64,000 bases of DNA from Thermoplasmata archaeon (GCA_021823345.1 JAKAOF010000001.1:26062-90061); one strand, 5' to 3'. Numbered from the stretch's first letter, positions 1-9,919 are shown. Numbers and translations: made by a program. The notes: generated by a model not told the origin, from the letters alone.

Positions 1-13
1 GCACCGGAAGGGG

Positions 14-817
14 TCAAACCTTCTCGGAAATCCGCTTTCGCAACTCGGCGAGCGCTTCCTCCTCCATGAAATGCCGGGAGGAAGCGGGTGCGGGAAGGAT
101 GAGCGAGTGTAGGGGAGGTCCAAACTCCCGATGTTCGAGCTGGGCCCTCGTACCCACCCACACTCCTACGTCCGGCCCCCCGGCGCGGGCGACCACGGCG
201 AACTCCCGATCCGCCGGTGCCACCCCCTCGTGGAGCTCTTCCTCGAGGCGGCCGAGATGCCGGAGTGCCACATCGGCCGTGAGGAAACGACCAGCCCGGG
301 GGTCGAGATCGAGCAAGATGAGCGAGTGCATGCCCGCGGCATCGTTCGCCTGGAGAGCACGATACGGAGAAAGGGGGCGGTACGGGGACCCTTCCTCCGG
401 ATAGGGGAGCGACACCACCCGACCGAACTTGTACTGAAAGAGGCCGACCAACCCCGGCGCGGCGGTGATGATGCTCGCTCCATGGACGACCCGGGTGGAG
501 TGTCCGGCCTTCTCTGCGGCCAGGCGCAGCGAGAGGTGGGTCGTGGCGGCGAACGCGTCGCCGGGGACCAAGAAGACGACCGTGCGCTCGGTCGCGAGCG
601 CCTGGAGGATGCGGGTCTCCCCCTCGACCTCTTCCCGAGAAAGTGTCTCGACCGGCGTTCCCGAAAGAGAAGACAACCGGGATTGCCAACCGGGAGCGAG
701 TCCCGCCGTGTACTCTTCGGCAAACGCCTTCGGAGCGGCACGGAGCGCCTCGAGCCCTCGAAGGGATATCCCCAGTTCATCATGGAGTCCCACCCCCACG
801 AAGACGAGCTCGCCCAT
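14..817 (-). CDS. dphB: diphthine synthase (tetrapyrrole-methylase family)
   Basis: 267 aa, N-terminal VFVGVGLHDE..ISLRGLEAL class III SAM-methyltransferase fold. Length and motif pattern match archaeal DphB. Confidence 0.7.
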   Translation of the reverse strand: MGELVFVGVGLHDELGISLRGLEALRAAPKAFAEEYTAGLAPGWQSRLSSLSGTPVETLSREEVEGETRILQALATERTVVFLVPGDAFAATTHLSLRLAAEKAGHSTRVVHGASIITAAPGLVGLFQYKFGRVVSLPYPEEGSPYRPLSPYRALQANDAAGMHSLILLDLDPRAGRFLTADVALRHLGRLEEELHEGVAPADREFAVVARAGGPDVGVWVGTRAQLEHREFGPPLHSLILPAPASSRHFMEEEALAELRKRISEKV

Positions 818-830
818 CGGAGTCCGCCGT

Positions 831-1649
831 TCACGAGCCCCGGATCACGAGGATCGGGCAGGGAGAGATGGCAAACAGCTCCTCCAGGAACGGGCGCGTG
901 ACGAACTCCCTTCCGAGCCCCCGTCCCTCGTCTCCGAGGATGCACAGGCCGTAGCCTTCCTTGCGTACCTCCTTGAGGATGGCGCTGGGCAGGAGGGCGT
1001 TCGACTGGAAGAATCGGGCCGGGAAGAGGACCGTCTTCAAGACCCGCGGCACGCTGCGCTGGCGTCCGTGGAACTCGTGACTGGTGCTGTCCTCTTCCGT
1101 CCGAGCGGAGCCGGACCGCATGTGCAAGGTCACGATGGGGAGATTGCCGAGCTCGGCGGACAAGGTCTCGGCGACCTGCATCGTCTTCGGCGGAGGCTGC
1201 ACCGTGAGAGTGGGGAGGATCACCTTGGAGGCCCGGGTGGCCGAGAGGGCCAAGGGATTCACGACCAGCACGTCGCAGGAGGCGTGGTTCAGGATCGCGG
1301 AGCTCGTGTGGCCGAAGATCTTGTGACGATGCCGGGGATCCGCCGTGAGGGTCATGAGGATGGCGTCCGCCGAGAGCGCCTCCGCCCGCTCCAGGATCTC
1401 GATGGCCACATCCGGCGCGACGACCACCTCGGGGGTCACCTTGATGTCCAGCGCGGCCGCCGCCTCGTGGGCGGGGATCACGATGTGGAGCGAGGAACGC
1501 CACCCCTTGGCGATCTCGGGCATCGAGACCTCGTGGATGACGTTGAGGATGTGCACTTCTCCTCCGCTCTCCAGGAGCCGCGAGGCCAATTTGACCAGGG
1601 GTTCCACGTAGGCCGGGGTGATGACCGGGACGAGGATCTTGCGATACAT
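831..1649 (-). CDS. tandem universal stress protein (UspA) domain protein, Kdp-associated (KdpQ-like)
   Basis: 272 aa with two Usp-like halves (ILVPV.., VLVV motifs). Lies immediately downstream of kdpC on the same strand, as in haloarchaeal kdpFABCQ. Confidence 0.6.
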   Translation of the reverse strand: MYRKILVPVITPAYVEPLVKLASRLLESGGEVHILNVIHEVSMPEIAKGWRSSLHIVIPAHEAAAALDIKVTPEVVVAPDVAIEILERAEALSADAILMTLTADPRHRHKIFGHTSSAILNHASCDVLVVNPLALSATRASKVILPTLTVQPPPKTMQVAETLSAELGNLPIVTLHMRSGSARTEEDSTSHEFHGRQRSVPRVLKTVLFPARFFQSNALLPSAILKEVRKEGYGLCILGDEGRGLGREFVTRPFLEELFAISPCPILVIRGS

Positions 1650-1658
1650 CGGTTCCCG

Positions 1659-2315
1659 CTAACCGGCCCCCTGCTGTGCCATGAGATCGATCAGGCCCCC
1701 ATCCAACTCTACCACGTTGACGTACATAGCTCCGACTCCCGGGACCCCGGATCCCCGGATGTAGGAGTTGACCAACGTCGTGAGCTCCGACTGGGATTCC
1801 CCGGTGAAGTACGCCACGCGGGGGATCTGGACCAACGCACCGCACGGTGAGATGTCGGGGTCGACGCCGCTCGCCGAGTCCGTCACGATGTCCGGTGGGA
1901 TGCCGCAGGCGCTCGTGATGTTGTGCACCCCGGTCTCGTTGATGTAATAGCGCGTCTCGTTGAGCAGGTTGGGGTCGGTCGGGCCGTACGGGGTCTCGTT
2001 CCCCGCCCCGGTGAGGTACTGGTAGTCGGTGTCCGAAGGGCGCGACCAGAAGAGCCCCCGGTAGGGGCAGCTCGAGAGGTTCCCGTTCCAGTAAGCGCAG
2101 GTGATGTTCTCCCCCAGCAGTGTCGAATAGGAGGTTCCGTTGGGGCCGCTCACGATGCTCCCTCCCGCCGAACCGGGGTCGGTTACGTCCGCCAAGTAGG
2201 GGGCGACCGCCGTCAGCGTGAGGGGATAGGCCAGGCTTGCGAAGAAGAGCAGGGCGAGGAGGAAGACGAGCGCCGGGCGGAGTGGCGATACGGGGTGCGT
2301 GCTCTCCTCGGTCAT
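1659..2315 (-). CDS. kdpC: K+-transporting ATPase subunit C
   Basis: 218 aa, N-terminal TM helix then a soluble domain. Position after kdpB with a 4-nt overlap. Confidence 0.75.
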   Translation of the reverse strand: MTEESTHPVSPLRPALVFLLALLFFASLAYPLTLTAVAPYLADVTDPGSAGGSIVSGPNGTSYSTLLGENITCAYWNGNLSSCPYRGLFWSRPSDTDYQYLTGAGNETPYGPTDPNLLNETRYYINETGVHNITSACGIPPDIVTDSASGVDPDISPCGALVQIPRVAYFTGESQSELTTLVNSYIRGSGVPGVGAMYVNVVELDGGLIDLMAQQGAG

Positions 2316-4435
2316 AGGTGGAGGAGGGCCTGTCGCACGGCCCCGGATGCGATCATGAAGGTCGGGTTGGAGAAGAGGGTCTGGACCCCGAGATAGACGA
2401 GCTTGATGCCGATGAAGGCGCTCACCAGTCCCCCCACCCCGTAGATGAGCAGGTTCCGCCGCAAGAGCTCGACCGCCGACTGGGGCCGGAACGAGGCGCC
2501 CCGCATGGCGATGGGGATGAGGAGCGGGATCATGAGCGCGTTGAACAAGAGCGCAGCGATGACGGCCGTCTTCGGGTCCGTGAGCTGCATGATGTTGAGC
2601 GTTTCCATTCCGGCGAACCCGACGAACACGGCCGGGATGATGGCGAAGTACTTGGCCACGTCGTTCGTGATGGAGAAGGTCGTGAGCGCCCCCCGGGTGA
2701 TGAGCAGCTGCTTGCCGATGGAGACCACTTCGATGAGCTTCGTCGGATCACTGTCCAGGTCGACCATGTTGGCGGCCTCCTTGGCGGCCGACGTTCCGGA
2801 ATTCATGGCGAGACCGACGTCGGCCCGCGCGAGCGCCGGCGCATCGTTGGTCCCATCCCCGCTCATGGCGACGAGACGGCCCCGCGACTTCTCGTCCTGA
2901 ATGATGGAGAGCTTCTGCTCGGGTTTGGCTTCCGGGACGAACGCATCCACGCCGCTCTCGATCGCGATCGCCTGGGCGGTGAGCCGGTTGTCCCCGGTAC
3001 ACATGACCGTGCGGATCCCCATCATCTTGAGCTCGCGCAGTCGGTCCTTGATCCCGGGCTTCACGACGTCCTTCAGGATCACGAGCCCCAGGACCTTCTT
3101 GTCCACGCAGACCGCGAGCGGGGTCATTCCTTCGGTCGCAGCCGCCTGGGAACGTTTGGTCAGAGATTCCGGGAAGACGGTGGCGTAGGTGGTGATCGCC
3201 GACACGGCCCCCTTCATGTACTCGACGCCTTCGGGAGTGACCAGGCCGGACATCTTCCGCTCGGGGGTGAAGGGCAGCGCCCGGCTCTTCTGGGCGTCGA
3301 CCCGATCGGGAAGCACGCCCTTGAGCCCCGCGAGGCGGATGATCGATTTGCCCTCCGGGGTGTCGTCCAGAGCGGAGGACGTGATGGCCGCCTTCATGAG
3401 CTGCACCGGCTCGACGCCCTCGCACGGGATGAACTGGACGGCGAGGCGGTTCCCGACGGTGATCGTTCCCGTCTTATCCAGGATGAGGACATCGAGGTCG
3501 CCCGCCGCCTCCACGGCCTTACCGGACTTCGAGACGACGTTCGCCCGGGTGACCCGGTTGATGCCCGAGATGCCGATCGCCGAGAGAAGCCCTCCGATCG
3601 TGGTGGGGATGAGGCAGACGATGAGCGCGATGAGGGTGCCGAGGTTGAAGAGTCTCGGGTAAAGGAATCCCAGGAGGTAGGCGAGCGACACCACGACGAC
3701 CAGCAGTGCCGAGGTGAGCGCCGAAAGGAGGACGGTGAGCGCGATCTCATTCGGACTCTTGTCGCGAGTCGTCCCCTCGACCAGACGGATCATCTTGTCC
3801 AGGAAGCCGAATCCGGGCTCCGCGGTGATCCGCACCACCACCGAGCCCTGAATGACCCGTGCGCCGCCGATGACGCTCGTCTTGTCGCCTCCGCTTTCGC
3901 GGACCACGGGTTCGGACTCTCCCGTCATCATGGACTCATCGATGAGCGCCCCCCCCCGGACCACGTCCCCGTCGAGCGGCACCATTTCGCCGGCCGCGAT
4001 CTCCACATGGTCCCCGGAGTGGAGCTGGCTCGAGGATACCCAGCGGCGAGAGCCGTCAGGAATGATCTGGCGTGCCCGAAGCCCGCTGCGGACCTCCTTC
4101 AAGCTGTCGGCCTGGGCCTTCGCTTGGGCCTCCGCGAGCGCTTCCGCGATGTTGGCGAACCACAACGTGACGAAGAGGATGATCGTGAGGGTCAGGTAGT
4201 ACGTGGGATCGTACGCCGGACCATCGAGGTCCGGGAAGAGCCAGGGAGCGAAGGTGGCGAGCAGCAGGAAGAAGAAGAAGATGTAGACCACCAGCATGAT
4301 CGGGTTGTGGATCTGGTGGCGAGGGTGGAACTTCCGGAGGGAAGCTCCGATGGCCTCTCCCCAGCTTAAGGTGGCCTTGCGACGGACGCTGACCCGGGCA
4401 CCATGGGGAAGCGTGAACGGGGCATCCTCGGGCAT
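2312..4435 (-). CDS. kdpB: K+-transporting P-type ATPase subunit B
   Basis: 707 aa, DKTGTIT phosphorylation motif, TGD, GDGTND, TM helices. Confidence 0.95.
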   Translation of the reverse strand: MPEDAPFTLPHGARVSVRRKATLSWGEAIGASLRKFHPRHQIHNPIMLVVYIFFFFLLLATFAPWLFPDLDGPAYDPTYYLTLTIILFVTLWFANIAEALAEAQAKAQADSLKEVRSGLRARQIIPDGSRRWVSSSQLHSGDHVEIAAGEMVPLDGDVVRGGALIDESMMTGESEPVVRESGGDKTSVIGGARVIQGSVVVRITAEPGFGFLDKMIRLVEGTTRDKSPNEIALTVLLSALTSALLVVVVSLAYLLGFLYPRLFNLGTLIALIVCLIPTTIGGLLSAIGISGINRVTRANVVSKSGKAVEAAGDLDVLILDKTGTITVGNRLAVQFIPCEGVEPVQLMKAAITSSALDDTPEGKSIIRLAGLKGVLPDRVDAQKSRALPFTPERKMSGLVTPEGVEYMKGAVSAITTYATVFPESLTKRSQAAATEGMTPLAVCVDKKVLGLVILKDVVKPGIKDRLRELKMMGIRTVMCTGDNRLTAQAIAIESGVDAFVPEAKPEQKLSIIQDEKSRGRLVAMSGDGTNDAPALARADVGLAMNSGTSAAKEAANMVDLDSDPTKLIEVVSIGKQLLITRGALTTFSITNDVAKYFAIIPAVFVGFAGMETLNIMQLTDPKTAVIAALLFNALMIPLLIPIAMRGASFRPQSAVELLRRNLLIYGVGGLVSAFIGIKLVYLGVQTLFSNPTFMIASGAVRQALLHL

Positions 4436-4439
4436 CGTC

Positions 4440-6131
4440 TCATCCCCCTCCCAATAGGCCCTGGGCGAAGGGCCCCATGACGAGCACTGGGAGGAACAGG
4501 AGCCCGGTCACGATGGTGATGAACAGGATGAGGAAGACCGTGAAGGTGCTCGAATCCGTCTTGATGGTCCCGGGCCCGGGGGGCAAGGGCGACTGGGAAG
4601 CGAGGGTGCCGCCGATCGCGAGCATGGCGATCATGGGGAGGTACCGACCCACGGTCATCACGACCGCCCCGGCGAGGTTGAAGTACAGCGTGTTGTCGAT
4701 GAGCGAACCCATGGAACTGCCATTATTGGCCGACTCACTGGTGAATTCGTAGAGCACCGCCGTGAACTGGTGGGAGGGAAGTCCTGCCGGGGAGAACTGG
4801 GCCAGCCCGAAGATGAAGGCCACGGCCGTGGGAATGAGGATCGCAAAGGGGTGGGAGAGGATGACCACGGTGCTCCAGCGCATCTCGTACTTCCCGATCT
4901 TCTTCCCCAGGTATTCCGGGGTCCGCCCCACCATCAGTCCGCCCACGAAGATCGCCAGAAGGGTATTGATGAGCAGGAGACCGAAACCGGTCCCGTCCCC
5001 CCCGGGCGCTCCCTGGATGAACATTCCCCAGAGAAGATCGGCCTGGGCCCCCGGAGTGAGTGCTCCGATGGACATGCTGGTGGACCCGACGTTCCCGTAG
5101 ACACTGGCGATCTGGAAGAGGGCACTTTCGGGCAGGGTGAAACGTTGCTCGGCCCCCACGAGAGGACCCCCCGCCTGGGAGATCCCCGTCGACATGAGGA
5201 ACGGATTGTACGATTCAAAGTAGAGGAAGAGAAGAATGGCGACCAGGAAGATGGTCAGGGCGGCGATGAGCAGCGGCCGCCCCTCCCCCTCCTTGCGCAC
5301 CATCCGAGAGAACATGAAGGGGGCGGAGAAGGGGATGATGAGCATCAGGAAGATCGCGATGAGGTTGGTGATGGCGGAAGGGTTCTGGAGGGGGCTCGCA
5401 CCGTTCGCGGCATAGAACCCCCCCCCATTGCTCCCGAGCCATTCGATGGAGTCCCAGGCCGCCACGGGTCCGAGCGGGATCCCCTGGGCCGGACCCGCGA
5501 GCGGCACGATGTTCACGCTCTGGGCCAACGTCTGCGGGACGCCGGCCAGGATGAGCATCAGCGCCCCCAGGATCGAGATCGGGAGAAGCACCCGCGTGAA
5601 CGCTTGGGTGACGTCAAGATAGAAGTTGCCGATCGTCCCGTCCTTGCGGAGGAAACCACGGATCAAGGCTACCCCCACGGATATCCCGGAAGCCGCTGAG
5701 AGGAACATCATCATCATGAGGCCGAAGAGCGAGCTGAACAGCGAGGTCTGGAGCTCGGGGGTGTAGTGCTGAAAGTCCGTGTTCGTATCGAAGGAGAGCG
5801 CGGTGTGGACCGCGAGGTCCCAGTTCATCCCCGGGGCGTTCCAGTAGTTGAGGGGGAGGTAGCCCTGCAAGAGAAGCAGCACGAACACGAACACGGTCGC
5901 GGTGGCGTTCAACACGAGGAGCGCGACCGCGTACTCCTTCCAGCGCATCTGGCGCGACGCATCGACCCCCATGAGCCGCAAGAGGGCGGATTCCACCGGA
6001 CGCATCACGGGGTCGAGGAACGTGGGTCGCCCCACGAAGACCTTCGCCATGTAGCGGCCGACGATCGCGGCCGAGACCAGGCCGAGAATGATGAGGACGA
6101 TGACGTCCGGTAGGGTCGAGATCGCGATCAT
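4440..6131 (-). CDS. kdpA: K+-transporting ATPase subunit A
   Basis: 563 aa polytopic membrane protein with KdpA-like selectivity loops. Located between kdpF and kdpB. Confidence 0.9.
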   Translation of the reverse strand: MIAISTLPDVIVLIILGLVSAAIVGRYMAKVFVGRPTFLDPVMRPVESALLRLMGVDASRQMRWKEYAVALLVLNATATVFVFVLLLLQGYLPLNYWNAPGMNWDLAVHTALSFDTNTDFQHYTPELQTSLFSSLFGLMMMMFLSAASGISVGVALIRGFLRKDGTIGNFYLDVTQAFTRVLLPISILGALMLILAGVPQTLAQSVNIVPLAGPAQGIPLGPVAAWDSIEWLGSNGGGFYAANGASPLQNPSAITNLIAIFLMLIIPFSAPFMFSRMVRKEGEGRPLLIAALTIFLVAILLFLYFESYNPFLMSTGISQAGGPLVGAEQRFTLPESALFQIASVYGNVGSTSMSIGALTPGAQADLLWGMFIQGAPGGDGTGFGLLLINTLLAIFVGGLMVGRTPEYLGKKIGKYEMRWSTVVILSHPFAILIPTAVAFIFGLAQFSPAGLPSHQFTAVLYEFTSESANNGSSMGSLIDNTLYFNLAGAVVMTVGRYLPMIAMLAIGGTLASQSPLPPGPGTIKTDSSTFTVFLILFITIVTGLLFLPVLVMGPFAQGLLGGG

Positions 6132-6136
6132 TCCCG

Positions 6137-6253
6137 TCAGAACTTCTCGGGACGAAGGATCGCGTAGAGCAGGTAGATCGTGATCGCCACGGAAATGCCT
6201 GTGAAGGTGAGGAGGCCGGCGTGATCAGCGATGGCCTGCAATAGGGCGTCCAT
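6137..6253 (-). CDS. kdpF: K+-transporting ATPase subunit F (38 aa, not in ORF track)
   Basis: Hand translation of the minus strand gives MDALLQAIADHAGLLTFTGISVAITIYLLYAILRPEKF. Single TM peptide ending 6 nt upstream of the kdpA ATG. Confidence 0.7.
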   Translation of the reverse strand: MDALLQAIADHAGLLTFTGISVAITIYLLYAILRPEKF

Positions 6254-6291
6254 GGAAAGACCCGGTTTTCGGGCTCACGTAGAGTGCCCCC

Positions 6292-6299
6292 GTTTAAAC
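6292..6299 (-). promoter_or_regulatory. TTTAAA-type TATA-like element upstream of kdpF
   Basis: gtttaaac lies about 40 nt upstream of the kdpF start codon, in the 320-nt divergent intergenic region. Confidence 0.3.
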
Positions 6300-6542
6300 C
6301 TTTCCGGAACAGCCACCAGTCCATCGGGACGCCCCGCGGAGCGTCGGGCCACCCATGGATGGGGGGTCCGGGACAGGGTTCCGGCACCTAATCACCCCTG
6401 AAATCGTGACTTCGACGGAGCTTCCGAGCCCCGCGACGCCGTTCGGACCTTGGGTCGGTGAGCGCACGATACTTCGGAGGGCGCATGACCGGCCACCTTC
6501 CCCCGAACTCGGAGGAAAAGTAGACCAAACGCTACGGAGCCG

Positions 6543-6550
6543 TAATATAC
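6543..6550 (+). promoter_or_regulatory. TATA box (taatatac) for leaderless marR transcript
   Basis: taatatac is centred about 27 nt upstream of the ATG at 6574. The same octamer recurs upstream of hsp20 at 18699. Confidence 0.45.
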
Positions 6551-6573
6551 GGAGCCTGAGTAAACGGCGCAAA

Positions 6574-7062
6574 ATGCCCGTTGCACGCGCCTCCAGTCAC
6601 AGCGCGACCTCCCTGGTCAGGTCGGAGTTCCCTGAGGGACCGCTGGAAGACTACCGGGTCACCTTTCGTCTTCTACGGCAGTTGCTGGGGGAGGTCCTCT
6701 CCCCGTTCGAACTGCTGGTCTCGGATTATCTAGCCCTCAAATTCTCCGCCGAAAGCCCTATTCGGCCCGGGGCCCTGTCGGGATGCCTTGGGATCTCTCC
6801 CGCGGCGACGACGGAGCTCATCGACCGGCTCGAATCTCGTGGGTTCCTTCAGCGGGAACGTGACCCGCAGGACCGTCGTGCCTCTCGTATCGCGCTCACG
6901 CTCTCGGGTCGGAAAATGCTGTCGGAGGCGAAGACCGCCTACAGCCAGTTCCTAGTCAGCGTGCAGCAGGAGATGGACCCGCGCGACCTCGCCGCGCTCG
7001 AACGGGGTGCGCGAGGGCTGCATGAGGTGCTGAGCCACCGAACCAAAGAGGGTTCCCTCTGA
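6574..7062 (+). CDS. MarR family transcriptional regulator
   Basis: Winged-helix MarR signature (ISPAATTELIDRLESRGFLQRERDPQDRRASRIALT). I start at the internal ATG at 6574; the track ORF from 6355 carries a non-MarR N-terminal extension. Confidence 0.8.
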   Translation: MPVARASSHSATSLVRSEFPEGPLEDYRVTFRLLRQLLGEVLSPFELLVSDYLALKFSAESPIRPGALSGCLGISPAATTELIDRLESRGFLQRERDPQDRRASRIALTLSGRKMLSEAKTAYSQFLVSVQQEMDPRDLAALERGARGLHEVLSHRTKEGSL

Positions 7063-7084
7063 TCGAGGGGAACGGACCGTAGAC

Positions 7085-8860
7085 ATGGCGGATTACAAGT
7101 GGACCGTACTGTCAAACACCACGCTCGGAGCGCTGCTCGCCTCGTTGGACGGGACGATCGTCCTCATCTCGCTCCCCGTCATTTTTCACGGGCTCGGGGT
7201 CAACCCCTTCGACCCCGGGAGCTTCCCGCTCCTCCTGTGGATGCTGCTCGGTTACGGGGTGGTCACCGGCACGCTGCTCGTCAGCTTCGGACGGCTTTCG
7301 GACATCTACGGTCGTGCCCGGATGTACAACATGGGGTTCGCCATCTTCTCGTTGGGGTCGATCCTGCTCTTCGCCGACCCGCTGAGCGGGTACTCCGGCG
7401 CCTTGGCGCTCGTGCTCTTCCGGCTGGTGCAGGCCGTGGGCGCGGCCTTCCTCTTCGCCAACTCGGCCGCCCTCCTTACGGATGCCTTCCCCTCGAACGA
7501 ACGCGGGATGGCGATGGGCGTGAACCAGGTCGCCTTCATCGGGGGATCGATGCTGGGCCTCATCCTGGGGGGCATCCTGGCGGGCATTCCCGACATTCAC
7601 CTGGGCCCCTTTGTCCTGCCCACGTGGCGGACCATCTTCTTGGTCAGTGTGCCGGTCGGGGTCGGAGGGACGATCTGGGCGTACGCCCGGCTCCGCGAGA
7701 TCTCGACACGACGGGCAGGCCAACGAATCGACTACGTCGGCAATGCCACCTTTGCCGCAGGCTTGATCCTCCTCCTCGTTTCGGTCACCTACGGGCTGCT
7801 CCCCTACGGGTCGTCCAGCACGGGCTGGGGGAATCCATGGGTCCTCGCCGGGCTCCTCTCCGGGGCGGGGCTCCTAGCCTTCTTCCTCTGGGTGGAGCGA
7901 AAGGTTCCGGACCCGATGTTCCGGCTCGAGCTCTTCCGGGTCCGTTCCTTTACTGCGGGAATTTCCGCCGCCTTCCTGGGGTCGATCGCTCGGGGAGGCA
8001 TGATGTTGCTCCTTGTACTGTGGCTCCAGGGCATTTGGCTCCCCCTGCACGGATATTCCTTCGCAGAGACACCGCTGTGGGCGGGGATCATGATGACCCC
8101 GATGATGATCGGCTTCATCGTCTCGGGACCGCTCTCGGGACGACTTTCGGACCGGAAGGGCGCGAAGACCCTCGCCACCCTGGGGATGGGTATCGGTTCG
8201 ATCACCTTCTTCCTACTGGCGCTCCTGCCGACGGACTTTGCCTACTGGGAGCTCGGTTCGATCCTCTTCGCCATGGGTGTGGGAATGGGGATGTTCGCCT
8301 CCCCCAACGCCGCGGCCATCATGAACTCCGTCCCGCCCGAGAACCGGGGGGCATCCTCCGGGATGATGGCCACGCTGCAGAACATCGGCCAACAGGCGTC
8401 CCTGGCGATCTTCTTCACGGTCGTCATCGTGGGGCTTTCCGTGCACCTCGGCCCATCGGTCAACGGGGCCCTCCTGGGGGCCCAGGTCGGGTCCCCCGAC
8501 CGCCAGATGCTGGTCGGTGCGATATCCGCCGACCCGACCGGGGCGTTGTTCGGGGCCTTCCTGGGAGAGAATCCCATGACGGGTCTGCTCGCCTCCCTAT
8601 CGCAATCTCCCGGATGGGTTCCGCTTTCGGCCTCCACCCAGAACACGTTGCTCGCTCCGCACTTCTTCGCCACGGCGATCGCCGCGGGGTTCTCCACGTC
8701 CCTCTCCGAAGCCTTCCTCTTCGCCGGCACGCTGACCGCGGTGAGCACCCTGATATCGGCCCTGCGGGGCGAACGGTACGTCTATGACGAGGCCGTGGGG
8801 GCCCCGAGCTCCCGACGGGAGTTCTCCCCGCCGATCGAAGCGGCGGGCGAGGGCAAGTAG
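7085..8860 (+). CDS. MFS transporter, DHA2/EmrB-like (14-TMS drug efflux)
   Basis: 591 aa, about 14 hydrophobic segments, MFS motif GRLSDIYGR. Adjacent to marR. Confidence 0.85.
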   Translation: MADYKWTVLSNTTLGALLASLDGTIVLISLPVIFHGLGVNPFDPGSFPLLLWMLLGYGVVTGTLLVSFGRLSDIYGRARMYNMGFAIFSLGSILLFADPLSGYSGALALVLFRLVQAVGAAFLFANSAALLTDAFPSNERGMAMGVNQVAFIGGSMLGLILGGILAGIPDIHLGPFVLPTWRTIFLVSVPVGVGGTIWAYARLREISTRRAGQRIDYVGNATFAAGLILLLVSVTYGLLPYGSSSTGWGNPWVLAGLLSGAGLLAFFLWVERKVPDPMFRLELFRVRSFTAGISAAFLGSIARGGMMLLLVLWLQGIWLPLHGYSFAETPLWAGIMMTPMMIGFIVSGPLSGRLSDRKGAKTLATLGMGIGSITFFLLALLPTDFAYWELGSILFAMGVGMGMFASPNAAAIMNSVPPENRGASSGMMATLQNIGQQASLAIFFTVVIVGLSVHLGPSVNGALLGAQVGSPDRQMLVGAISADPTGALFGAFLGENPMTGLLASLSQSPGWVPLSASTQNTLLAPHFFATAIAAGFSTSLSEAFLFAGTLTAVSTLISALRGERYVYDEAVGAPSSRREFSPPIEAAGEGK

Positions 8861-8873
8861 TTCCCCGAGGGGT

Positions 8874-9350
8874 CTACTTCCTTACCAGGAATTGGACTTC
8901 GCAGTGGGCCCAGGCCGTGGGGTCCGTCCAAGGATCTCCCGAGTAGACCTCCCGATGGCCGCGGACGGCCGTGATCTCACCATCCTTTCGGCGCCACCGT
9001 AGCCAATCGTTGAGACCGTGGTAGATGATCCGGTCGGCGATCTCATCGGGATCGAAGATCGCGTAGGCCGCGTGTCCGGCCTTCAAGGTCTTGACCTGGA
9101 TCCTCCCCTCGGATCTGGCGGCACCTCGGATCTCGAGACACGCCTCCCATCGGTCGTCCTTGGGCGATTGGAATATCCACTTCCCGGTCCGAAGATGGTG
9201 CTTCTTCGCCCACGCCATGAGCTCCCGGAACTCGGGCCGCAAGATCCCTTCTTTCCAGGGTCCCACTCGGACGATCGACGCCACCCGGTAACTCGGCACC
9301 TTCTTGATCGCAAAATCGACAGTCACGTTCCTAACGCCTCTGGGTGACAT
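8874..9350 (-). CDS. GyrI-like small-molecule-binding domain protein (putative)
   Basis: 158 aa. Size and W/aromatic pattern are consistent with the GyrI/AraC effector-binding fold. Weak call from composition only. Confidence 0.35.
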   Translation of the reverse strand: MSPRGVRNVTVDFAIKKVPSYRVASIVRVGPWKEGILRPEFRELMAWAKKHHLRTGKWIFQSPKDDRWEACLEIRGAARSEGRIQVKTLKAGHAAYAIFDPDEIADRIIYHGLNDWLRWRRKDGEITAVRGHREVYSGDPWTDPTAWAHCEVQFLVRK

Positions 9351-9540
9351 ATAGACCAGGTCGACACTTAGTCTTGCTCCCGCCCCAGGGCGGCTTCTGC
9401 CTCCCGGGGTCCCTTCGAACGGGGACCACGTAAGCGGGTACCGAGGGACCTTGGCAGCCCCCCTCTCCGCAGTCTACCGGTGCCGTTCCGAGTTCTGAAA
9501 GTGCGGTCATGGTCCGCACAAGGCGAGTTCGGCGGAGCCA

Positions 9541-9891
9541 GTGACCGAAACTCCACGTGGGCACAAACTCAAATACCCTCGGTACTCTTGTGGGTCTGAA
9601 TCAACGAAGAACGTGCAAGAGTACGATCCCCTGCAGGAGATTACCAAGGAACTCGACCGCGAAGAATCTGTCCTCACCGTGCGAGTGGAAAAGCGGCGGT
9701 ACAACAAGCCCGCGACGATCATCGCCGGGTTCCCGAAGGATACGGATCTCCACGACATCACTCGTCAGTTGAAGACCTATCTTGCCACCGGTGGCACCTC
9801 CAAGGATGGGGAGATCGTGCTGAATGGCGATCACTTCCGCCGGGCGAAGGAGAAGCTCGAAGCCCTCGGATATCACATCTCGGGAGGCTAG
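9541..9891 (+). CDS. sui1: translation initiation factor SUI1 (aIF1)
   Basis: C-terminal KRRYNKPATIIAGF...LKTYLATGGTSKDGEIVLNGDHFRRAKEKLEALGY is the SUI1 fold. The track ORF starts at GTG 9541. An in-frame GTG at 9613 gives the more typical ~93-aa protein. Confidence 0.85.
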   Translation: MTETPRGHKLKYPRYSCGSESTKNVQEYDPLQEITKELDREESVLTVRVEKRRYNKPATIIAGFPKDTDLHDITRQLKTYLATGGTSKDGEIVLNGDHFRRAKEKLEALGYHISGG

Positions 9892-9919
9892 ACCGCCGTT
9901 AGCGTTCTATTCCAGGTCC

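Noticed and set aside
166-1845. 559-aa minus-strand ORF spanning dphB and the usp gene in another frame
   Set aside because: Extremely Arg/Pro/Gly-rich low-complexity translation with no domain. Typical same-strand alternate-frame artefact in 65% GC DNA. It overlaps two well-supported genes.
2318-4369. 683-aa plus-strand ORF antisense to kdpB
   Set aside because: Antisense to a highly conserved P-type ATPase gene. Composition is Asp/Arg/Gly-rich with no motifs. High-GC antisense ORF.
7099-8787. 562-aa ORF in +1 frame of the MFS transporter gene
   Set aside because: Arg/Pro-rich nonsense translation. The MFS frame shows a coherent 14-TMS hydrophobic pattern.
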